From Azolla caroliniana (taxonomy: Eukaryota; Plantae; Polypodiophyta), in NCBI GenBank assembly GCA_043228905.1, contig JBHGNT010000018.1:6262001-6326000 (forward strand): a stretch of DNA of 64,000 nucleotides. Reading direction: 5' to 3'. Below the pieces are notes generated by a model that ran no database searches, had not been told where the DNA came from, and saw only the letters and a program-made list of their open reading frames with translations. How positions within the stretch are numbered: position 1 is the first letter of the stretch; each line of letters starts with the position of its first letter. Below, one piece after another: positions 1-9,861 of this stretch. A program made the translations under genes and the position numbers.

Positions 1-729
1 TTGAATGCGAAGCAGTGGCCGAAAGGGGAGAAGGAGAAGGCCGAGATGAGGATGATACCATATGCGTCGGCCGTCGGCAGTCTAATGTATGCTATGGTAT
101 GTACTAGACTAGACATAGCATTTGTTGTGGGAGCAGTAAGCCGATATATGAGTAATCCAGGAAGAGAACACTAGGCAACGGTGAAATGGATACTCAGTTA
201 CTTGAAAGGCACCTCGAGGGTGTGCCTTAGGTATGGTGTTGGAAAACCTATGTTGGAAGGTTTTACCGATTCGAACATGTCGGGAGATGTAGACTCGAGT
301 CGATCCACGTCAGGGTATGTGATGACCCATGCATGGGGAGGCGGGTCGTGGCAATCACGACTGCAAAAGTCTGTAGCCTTGTCGACTACAGACGCAAAGT
401 ATATGGCAGCGGTAGAGGCCGGCAAAGAGCTGATCTGGATGAGAAATTTTCTCAATGAGCTAGGGATGAAGCAGAGGGAGTTCTTGCTTCACTGTGACAG
501 CCAGAGTGCCATACATCTAGGCAAGAATGCTGCTTACCACTCCCGAACCAAGCACATACAGAGGAGGTATCACTGGTTGCGGGAGAGAGTCGAAGAAGGA
601 GAGTTTTCCCTAGTGAAGATCCATACTGACGAAAATGGATCTGACATGCTCACGAAGAACCTACCTACAGATAGACTTAGAATCTCTCGACAAAAGATAG
701 GATTGACTGACTCCCTCCCACAGGAGTGA
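1..729 (+). pseudogene. Ty1/Copia RT C-terminus and RNase H remnant (element extends left of window)
   Basis: ORF 181-729 has GFTDSNMSGDVDSSRSTSGYV, SWQSRLQKSVALST and KNAAYHSRTKHIQRRYHW (Copia RNase H). An in-frame TAG lies upstream at 172-174. Closely similar to the RH of element C (48342-49850). Confidence 0.93.
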
Positions 730-739
730 AGGGGGAGTT

Positions 740-1284
740 TGTTGGGGATATGTCCCTCCAATGGGAGGAACCGACTGTTTGGAAGTGGCCGACAGTCAAA
801 GAGTCGAAGGAACTGACTGTTCGGAAGTAGCTGACGGTCGAAGAGTCGACAACAGAGAGTCGATTGTTTATTATTATTATAGCAATAATAATTTTTATGA
901 TATGTGGCAGTGGCTACAATTGTAAATGGTCAATACGATGTATCAATATATATACATCTAGGGCAAAAATAGTGCAGTGTGAGAGACAGTAGAGGTCGAG
1001 AGAGAAAGCAAGCATGAGAGAGATGCGAGTGAGAGAGAGAGCAAGCGGCGCCATATCTGTGTGTGCAACAGTAGACGCCAAGAGCCTTGCGCAGCTGATA
1101 CACTCGGACGGAGTGTTGTAATCTTTCGATTGTACATCCACTATATAGTGAAGTTCTGTTTACTCGTGATTTTCTTCCACTTTAGGGTTTCCACATAAAA
1201 CTCTGTGTACTCTGTCGTTGTGTACCTATGTTGTGTATTTTCAGCATCATTTGATCTTGTGATTTTACGAATCGATTTCCATCA
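740..1284 (+). repeat. 3' LTR of the Copia element at window start
   Basis: PPT GAAGGGGGAG (728-737) is followed by TGTTGG at 740. TATA-like run near 947 and T-rich U5-like sequence. Probable end TTCCATCA at 1284; the right boundary is inferred because no partner LTR is visible. Confidence 0.65.
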
Positions 1285-3008
1285 CTTTGACTAGTTTTTT
1301 AAACATATGTTGTTTGGTTATTGGCCTAATTTCATAATTCATGCCTTGTCTTTTGTTGTGAAGCTTTATACTTCTCATTGTACTTGTACTCAAGTGCATT
1401 GTAAAAGTGGCGAACTTGTTCCGTCCCTTTGTGTTTACATTTTCAATGTTATTTTCAAAAAATATGCAAGCCTCATGTGTAAGAATCTTAATTAACATTA
1501 TGCAAGAGGAAGAAGTAAGAAAGAACAAGGTACCATACCACCCAACCACCCCTTAGCAAAAGTGAGAGATAGATCGAGTCCTCATCAATGTCCCACACCA
1601 CCAAGTTCAGACATGGATTGTACCTTGGGTATGAAGGAGGAACACGTGTATATAGCTAAAGCTTTATCGCAATGTCAAAGTCCGCATCTAATAACTCTCC
1701 CCTTCATGAAAGTAATTGGCCTTCTTATATAGGCTCAAACCCTAGGCCCTCATTTGTTTCACACTTTACTTTAATAGAAGTGTTGAAGTGATAAAACACT
1801 AAAAAATTATCTCCCACCGTAAGGTTGAGAATAACTCAATTCCTACTAACCTTGAGGTTATATAATTACACTTCATTATACTATATGTTTATGCTTTGCA
1901 TGATCATGCTTCTCAAGCACTTAAGTTAGCTTGGGGAGGTCATGTATAAGGTCATATGCACCTTCAACAACATCAAGAAACTCGGATGCCCATTTCTTGG
2001 CCTTTGATACCTTTTTGCACTCATTTGTGATAAATGTGATCAAAATAAATAGGATATTGCCTCGTTTGTCCATGGATCGACGACCAACTACTTGTTTGAT
2101 GTTTTGATTGTTTTTTGCATTAGACTTGAGAAAGATTTCCTAATGGTCTTTGCCTACCAACATCAACATGAGCAATTCATTTGGATGCATGTATTGTGGA
2201 ACCAATGGTACATTTTTCAAGAGCCTTGTTCCATTGGAACGAGTCTCACCCACGTATATTGAATTGCTTCTCTTGACTGGACATCTCTAGTGTTTCCCAG
2301 GAGATGGACAAAATTTTTATGTCTCTCAAGTACTTTGACAAACCAGTTCTTTGTCATCGACAAACTCATTGCACTGACACAAAAGTCACATGTCTCCCAA
2401 TGCATCTCTAGTTCAGCACCTGTCATGTGCCTTGCGAAGTAGCGGCTTTCTCCGGTTGCTACGCTAGCTTGAGAAGCTACAATGTGACACCACCATGATT
2501 GACACTCAAGAAAATGAGTTGCCCAACTCAAGAGCACAACCGGAAGATCCTATACAATATGAAAGGGAGAAGTTGGGACATTGGCCAACCTAGCTATGGG
2601 GGAGGGGGAGAGCTTATATGAGAAAGAACTTGAAAGTGAAGAAGAGCTTAAATGAAAGTTGGGTGGTGTGGATCTACACCTTTATTTGCTTTAGGCTATT
2701 AAGTAGAGATGGGTATTAGGTAGACCATCCACAAACTTAATGGTCACCCTAGTAGCCCAAGGAGAGGCCTATTGTGCCAAGAAGATGAGTTTTAGTCAGA
2801 ATAATGCAGTGCATGCATGCCTCTAGTTGCAAATATGCACCAAGCTCTTTGCAAAGGCTCATGGTCCTTCATTCTGCCCGGACATGGTTCTTGGCCACTC
2901 CCTTCTTGTACTGTCCACCATCACCAATAACCAGAATGAGATCATAATTAATGGAAGGAAATAAATACATATACATTGAACTCAGACATTCTGCTCTCAA
3001 CAGGAAGA

Positions 3009-3989
3009 TTACAGTTGTAGGGATGGTTCTTTTTCTTGTTTGATTATTAGCAATGGGTGGCCACTGCTAGAATGGCGTCCGAGCCGGAGCTCTAAATCGA
3101 GATTAGAACCTGGGTTGATCGGGGTGGTGTTGGAATTAAGGACACCCGAAGAGGAAGAAGAAGAAGAAGATGACGATGATGATGATGATGATGAAGAAGA
3201 AGAAGAAGAAGAAGAAGAAGAAGAGTTAGAATTAGAATTACACGATGAGATGATAATTGTTGGGGCGCTAACAATTGGGGCCCCTGCAATCGGCATTGTT
3301 GCAGCGGTGGTGGTTCTGATCGTAGTAGGGCAGGAGGCTTCTGCCGGCCTAATTGTGATGGGATCCAGATCCAAATTAGCGTGATTGCTGCTGCTTACAC
3401 CGCTGAAGCAAGAATTAGACGGTGGAGAAGAAGAATGGATAGGCTGGAGGAGAGCGTGATCAGACGTGCTGGAAATTGCATGGTCGTGGATGGAATTGAA
3501 GTGGTGGGAGTAGGATGGGGAGGAGGAGGGGTCACGTGGGAAGAAGGGAGGAGGGGGAGGAGGAGGAGGAGGAGTGAGGGTGATAATGCTGTAATTAGGA
3601 TGGAGTGGGCCGAGTCTGTGGATTGGGGATGAGGATTGGCGTGATTCGCCGCCTGCACCTGTGGTGGGCTGAGGCTGAGGCTGAGGGTGAGGGTGAGGGT
3701 GAGGTGGGGCGGTGGCGGCGGAGGAGGAGGAGGGAGAGGGATGGCGGAGGCGAGCTCTGTCTCGGCGGTGGACGTTCATATGTCCGCCGAGGGCCTGGGC
3801 GGAGTTGAAGTGGCGGTGGCAGAAGTTGCACTTGTACCCAGGATGCAGCCCCAACGATGGGGCGGCGGCGGCGGCAGAAGGAGGAGGAGGAGAAGGAGGA
3901 GGAGGAGGGGATGAGCGGCGGCGGAGGGGGGGATCGGAGGAGTCGGAATGGAATCCGATACGTCCGGGAGGTGGAGGGGGGTTGCTCAT
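3009..3989 (-). CDS. SUP: SUPERMAN/RABBIT EARS-like single C2H2 (QALGGH) zinc-finger transcriptional repressor with EAR motif, 326 aa, intronless
   Basis: [31 protein letters not shown] (about 3745-3836) matches the SUP-clade finger plus basic tail. EAR motif LDLELRLG at 3078-3101. Pro/Ser/His-rich linker. First in-frame ATG is at 3989 (the ORF track starts at a GTG at 4073). The symbol is family-level; orthology is not established. Confidence 0.93.
   Translation of the reverse strand: MSNPPPPPGRIGFHSDSSDPPLRRRSSPPPPPSPPPPSAAAAAPSLGLHPGYKCNFCHRHFNSAQALGGHMNVHRRDRARLRHPSPSSSSAATAPPHPHPHPQPQPQPTTGAGGESRQSSSPIHRLGPLHPNYSIITLTPPPPPPPPPFFPRDPSSSPSYSHHFNSIHDHAISSTSDHALLQPIHSSSPPSNSCFSGVSSSNHANLDLDPITIRPAEASCPTTIRTTTAATMPIAGAPIVSAPTIIISSCNSNSNSSSSSSSSSSSSSSSSSSSSSSSSSSGVLNSNTTPINPGSNLDLELRLGRHSSSGHPLLIIKQEKEPSLQL
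3147..3224 (-). repeat. Coding trinucleotide microsatellite (TCT/TCA/TCG/TCC) encoding 26 consecutive Ser
   Basis: (GAA)n(GAT)n(GAA)n on the plus strand, in frame inside the zinc-finger CDS. Confidence 0.9.
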
Positions 3990-4097
3990 GATGACAACAA
4001 TGATTATGATGATGTTGATGATGATGATGGCCACACAGGAGCCCGCCTGCCCCCGCACGCACGCAATGGTCACCCAATTGCAGCACCACTATGTAGA

Positions 4098-4299
4098 AGA
4101 TATATATGTGTATGATTGTATATATGTATGTATGTATGTATGTTTGAGCAGCCAGATAAAAGAAAAAGTGATTCTTCTCATTCTGAGAGAGAAAGAAAGA
4201 AAGAAAGAAAGAACGATATATTAACTGTCTTCTATGGCCAAAATTTGGCCCATGAGGCACTTGGTTTACAACAAAATAATGGGTATTTATCCAATCATC

Positions 4300-4336
<37 letters not shown>

Positions 4337-4431
4337 CAGTTGGTTCTTCCGACAAGCGAGGGAGGAGAGTGTCCGATGGCGACGGGACCTTCTCCCTTCC
4401 TTCATATATATATATATATGTATGGCTGCTA

Positions 4432-4481
<50 letters not shown>

Positions 4482-4890
4482 AAGCCAAACATTGATATAA
4501 ACAGTACATATATTAAAAAGAGAGAGAGTGTGTGTGTGTGTGTGTGCGCGCAAAACACAGACACACACACAGAGAAAAAGAGATAGAGAGAGAGAGAGAT
4601 GGAACAACAACATCACGGGTTCTCTTTATTTATTTATTTAGCCTCCTCCTCTTCGTCTTTCTTGGTTTTGTTTGTTTTGCCTCCGCCACCACCCCCTACT
4701 CACTTCACACACACACACACACACAATCCCACCTAAAAAAGAAAGAAACCAAAATAAAAAAAGACACACACACACACACACACACACAAGATTCTCTCCT
4801 CCAAGTAAATTCCGGGGAATATGTTGTCAATTCCTCCTCCTTTCAAGTACACCCATATTTTCACACACCCCCCCCCCCCCCCCCCACACA
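4098..4890. repeat. Cluster of simple repeats upstream of the SUP-like gene: (TATG)n, (GAAA)n, (AG)n, (CT)n(AT)n, (GT)n, (AC)n, poly-C
   Basis: Directly visible, e.g. (AG)n about 4303-4332, (CT)n(AT)n about 4433-4478, (GT)n about 4528-4546, (AC)n about 4707-4724 and 4764-4788, C run about 4867-4885. Confidence 0.9.
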
Positions 4891-7345
4891 CCCTATAAAT
4901 ATCATACGATAACATATGTAACTGCACTCCACATGCATTTGCTTCGGCCACGACATTCTACCCCTCCCTTTCTGTCTCCTCCCATCCGATCGTACTAGAA
5001 CCAATGTTCAGTCGTCGTCACACGACCACCCTAGCTAGGATTACGTAGTTCGCCTACCTCTAGTACCACCTCCTCGATCCTTGCATCCCCTATGTGTGTT
5101 GTGTGGAGCAAAGGCGGGGTGGGGCCCTAGTGAAACCAAGTTAACAAATAGTACCCATGCAACATCTTCCCTTTGTCTGCTAACGAACACATTGACTGAG
5201 TTTTTTTGAATACATGACAGTACATGCACTCGCGAGTTATCACTGATGTGTAGTCTTCACCTTCTCGATTGTTTGTTCGTATTATTTCTACCTTCCTTTC
5301 TTGTGTTACACAATTACCATTTCGATACATGCTTCAATAGTGTTCCTCTCGACTGCTTTTTACTGAAAAACTGTAGCAGATTCTTTGTGCACTTGACAAA
5401 GAAAGATCAGTTGATTAGCCTAGAAGCATATAAGTTTGGTGTGATCCAATGTTTTGAATGGTGACAAGAGCTATCACCTACCCTTATATTGCGATATATA
5501 TATATATTGAGGGGGTATATTGTTGTCATTATATAAGTATTTTGGTTTCTTGGCCTACTCAACAAAAGGAGATCCTTCTTCCTTTGATTAAATACTATTT
5601 CCTAAGGTATATGGGTTATTGTTTATAAATCTTTGGTTTAGATGGATGTTTAATATACTAGTATATAACTTATCTATTGTAATATGTCAATAACACTGTT
5701 AAGGAGTTTCCTATTTTCCTAAGTAGCGATTTTATTTTGCATGTTACAAAAGTTGCATTGGCTACAAAATTGACTCTATGTACAAATTAGAGACTAAAAA
5801 AGCACGCACCCACTCTACTAAACCACATTATATTACTCAAAGGTATAACACATTTATTATCTGATGTATAATAGGCTAATGATCTTTATACGCTACTTGA
5901 TGGGTTTAGCTGTGGAAGCAAAGTGTGTAAGTTGGCACATGAACGTTCTCTTGACAATTTACCCGCTTAGTGTGCACAAGGTCATTTAGTGTTAAGTTTG
6001 AGAATATATGTGCATTTAATATGTGTGTGTAAATGCAAGATTGTATGTTTCAGTGCAGGTGTGGTTGTGTGATTATGTGTGTGTAAATGTGTACTAAGAG
6101 GTTAATATGTGAGTATTGACATTTAAAAAAAGGGAATATACGTGTTCGTTAGTCCAAACATTCGTTGTCATACGTATTAAAACGAATGAGTATGTTATTA
6201 AAACATTCTTATAATAAAAAATTACACTTTTTACCTTAACGTTCTTACCCTAAAAAAAATTTACCTTATAATAAATAATGAGTGTGGAAGTATGGTATTT
6301 ACCATACTTTGAGGGTGTTTTTCTTACGCGAATGATAAGAATGTTAGAGAATGTGAAAACATGAATGGTACGTATGCTTCATGCTATGGATAAGACATAG
6401 TTTACGGAAGAGTTAAGGCAAAAACTTATTTTATGCATTTTATAAGTTTAAGACGGGGAAAGGGTGGTGGTTTAAGGGTAGTTAGTATATTGAGTATTTT
6501 GTATGTGTGTGCTAGGATCAAGGTGGGTTTGGAGTAAACGGTCTGTGCCAAGTTCCAATATGCAATATTCCCCTCCTAAGGCGATGCTTTGTGTAGAGGT
6601 GCTCAATGCTAAAAGAAAAGAGAGCATCGTTGCTCTCCCTTGCGTGTCCTCTTATACAAGAGAGTGTTGCATGAGCAAGGAACTTAGTTGAACTCTTTGG
6701 TATATTGCTACCCAAGAGAACAAGTTCTCTCATGCTAGTTACACGAGAGAATGATATCACTAGTGTAGAGGAAGGGAGAACAAGAGATAGGGTGGATGAG
6801 GTCACTCAAGGAATTCCTTTCTTGAGATTATTGTGTCAATGAGTTGGTGTAGCTTGAAGGGAGAGCACTCAATTCTAGTACAATGATGAGGGCTCGAATA
6901 ACATAAAATTACCCACAATTTGAGTGTAAGTTGGTAAACTCTCTTTATTTGCGCTCAAGAATTTGATCGACTTAACTTGAAGCTCTATGCTTCTTCTTCT
7001 TATTATTCTTCTTCTTCTTGAGAACACAATGATGCACGTGTGGGGATTAGAGATTGGGAGGCATCATGTATCTATTTGCATTTGAGGATCTAGAGGAACA
7101 GAAAAGAAGTAATCTTACACACACATGCATGCAAATGAACCTAACCTTATTTTTTCCATTAATTAAAAGTAATTACAATTAGTGAGGTTTCCTTTTTCGT
7201 CATTCCCTTAATCCCCTTGATCTCGCCCTATTTTTTAGTAATGAAGATACATAACTATAATTAGTGAGGTTTGTTTCTTCTTCACTCCCTAGTCTAGGCA
7301 TAGCAAATAATAACCTCACAACTATTTAACCCTTCTCATTTATAT

Positions 7346-7442
7346 GATCCAAGGTTATTTACTTTTAGATAAGCACGTGTAAAAAAGCCAAACTTATTCG
7401 ATCCAAGGTTATTTACTTTTAGATAAGCACGTGTAAAAAAGC
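7346..7442. repeat. 43-bp perfect direct repeat with 11-bp spacer
   Basis: GATCCAAGGTTATTTACTTTTAGATAAGCACGTGTAAAAAAGC at 7346-7388 and 7400-7442. Confidence 0.9.
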
Positions 7443-8636
7443 ATGTGGTCGGTATGATTCGATTCAAGGGGATTTAGAAGAAGCAAAAAGGGCAAGGTCC
7501 AAGTTCTTGCTGAAATGGAGTAGCTCTCCCATGCTAGTCAAATCTTCATCATGGCCTAAGTGGAATTACAAGGCACCTAGGTGGCTATTTCCACCGATGG
7601 CTCCCAATATTGTACATGGGTTGTAATTATGTATGTAAAGCTGACACAAACGTGCGTTAGTATAGTCATGTTACCTGGATAATGTTGTTAGAAAAGAGTT
7701 AGTTGGGTAGAGTCGGGGTAAAATAGGGTTTATTTCAATTTTGCTTAAGGATCGGTTGAGTTTTTTTGTCGTTTTTGTTTGATTTTGGAGTTGTTTCTTC
7801 AAGTTGTATATGTTGATCCCATTGTGGATTTGGACAAACTTTGTTGTATTCTATTTGCTAACTAATGCGAAGTAGTGGTTTTTGGAAAAGAAGAAGAAGA
7901 AGAAGCCAAACTTATTATGATGGATGATTTTCACTCATACAAAACATCCAAACTTTCACTTAAGGACCATACACTTCAACCTTTCGTGCTTTTATAATTG
8001 AGATGACCTTGATATAAGGTGTTACATGCAATTGGATGTTCTACATGCATTTTCTTTTATCAATAGCAAATAATTCATAATATTACAATTACCTTGTTGG
8101 TGGCAACATAAATTGATAGAATATGGCTATGGGCCTCATTGCATTTCATTTTTACCTTTTTACACTTATCCCCCCATTCTATAAATAAATATATCGCTAT
8201 AATGTGCTTGTTTTGGATGTGATTTCATATAATATGACATTGGCAACATGATAACACCCCATCCTTCAAAATGAAATCTCATGCATGTATCCCATTTCGT
8301 AAATTCATGCCTAAATGTTGTTTGTGATTCAATTCCATTTTTATATTGGCTTTCCCTTCATAGGAACTCCATGAGCAAATTGTTCAAATTGTTTAAAATA
8401 AAAAACGACCCCAACAGGTATGGAATAAAGTTATCTCTTTATTCTTGACAATTAACGCAGGTTGCCTCTTCTCTTAGGGATCAACAGTATGGGGGGGTTC
8501 ACCATTCCAGTCTCATGTTGTATGAAGCAGATGATGCTCTGGAGGCTATGACAATCATGAACAGACATCTAATTACTGTCTCCCCTTTACATTAACCTCA
8601 CAAGAAAATGCGTGCAACCCATGTATGGAAAACCGT

Positions 8637-8772
8637 TGTCGTGAAGTACGAAAGTTTCACATTAAAAGTCTACAATAAGATAAATACGTAACTAAAATAA
8701 CATTTGATAATGTTTTATATATAAAGATAATATTAACAACACATATGATAATATTATATATATGTAATGAAA

Positions 8773-8844
<72 letters not shown>

Positions 8845-9793
8845 ATATATTATATTACACGAACAAGAGAGGGCTTGAACCAATAACCCCACCCTATGAC
8901 TTTCAAATCTTACCATTTACTCTATACTAATAATATATATAAAATAAAGGATTTGCATCATGATATAAAAACGAAGTTACATGTTGTAAATTCAATAATA
9001 TTTGAGAGACTCAAACCCACAACCTCATATAACAAAGTCAACACACCTACCATTAGGCTAGGTTCTTTGTTTTTAAAATTATATTTTCATGTTTATTCTT
9101 ATCCCATATTTTTTTCATACATGAAAGCTCAAATGAGCGAGATGCCTATCATGCATCACATGTAATGCATGAACGCCAAATGGAGATCATGCATCACATG
9201 CATTTCATCCACTACATGCATGACTTGTACCCTCCAATGCATCATATGCATGGGGGCACCTATTTAAATGGTGAAAGAGAAGATGAAAGGAGATATGTAT
9301 GAGATATCAATCAAATTATGTATTACATAAGAGATACCATAAAAATAGAGAAAAAAGGGAAGAAGTTTAACATAAACGTGAAGCTCTAGCTTGGCGGTCG
9401 TGGTGGTCAACTCTCAACAAGAGGGAGGCGGTTCGAGCCTTATCTTCATCAAAATATTGAAGTGAAGATTGTAGTGGTCTACGATCAAGAAAGAGAAGAG
9501 CGATTACCTTGCAAGACAAAGTTTGGAGGTTCAACGACGTGCACAATCATTTTGTAACTCTTTCATGAAAATGATTATAAATTTCATACACTTTCTCATA
9601 TATTATTTTATATCTTATCTTGTCTTATCTTATATTCCTTAAAAATCCTATTTTGTCATATCTTATTGATCTCTATTCACTCCATCTCTACTCTTTCGTC
9701 TCTTCCGTCCATAATCCCAGTGATTCCTTCCTCACTTTCATGTTATCCTTTGTGTGCGCAACGCTACGCTTCTAGGCGAGCCACGTCACGACA
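8637..9793 (+). repeat. 5' LTR (1157 bp) of the Phygy-like gypsy
   Basis: Matches 19234-20338 apart from about 16 substitutions and a microsatellite length difference. TATA-like CCTATTTAAA near 9259. Confidence 0.95.
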
Positions 9794-9799
9794 CAATTT

Positions 9800-9817
9800 C
9801 GGTGAACCCGACGTGAA
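9800..9817 (+). promoter_or_regulatory. Primer binding site complementary to the tRNA-Trp 3' end
   Basis: (C)GGTGAACCCGACGTGAA is the reverse complement of the plant tRNA-Trp end ...TTCACGTCGGGTTCACCA with one terminal mismatch, 6 nt after the LTR. Confidence 0.85.
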
Positions 9818-9861
9818 ACGGGGAAGTAGAAGAGACATCTAAAGTCAACATCAACATCAAC

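Noticed and set aside
1285-3000. Short ORFs such as 2217-2537, and likewise those in 5000-8600 and 20340-22200
   Set aside because: No recognisable motifs; probably decayed repeats or intergenic DNA.
3990-4073. N-terminal extension MTIACV...IIIIIVVI of the zinc-finger ORF, resembling a transmembrane segment
   Set aside because: It starts at GTG and the Ile run is an (ATC)n microsatellite; the first ATG is at 3989.
3040-4586. Overlapping antisense and alternative-frame ORFs (poly-E/D, poly-G, RERE, YIYI)
   Set aside because: By-products of GC-rich coding sequence and microsatellites; no domains.
8861-9450. Calling the tRNA-like LTR modules (also 41050-41120) true tRNA genes
   Set aside because: Anticodon and acceptor arms do not fold canonically; reported only as A/B-box modules.
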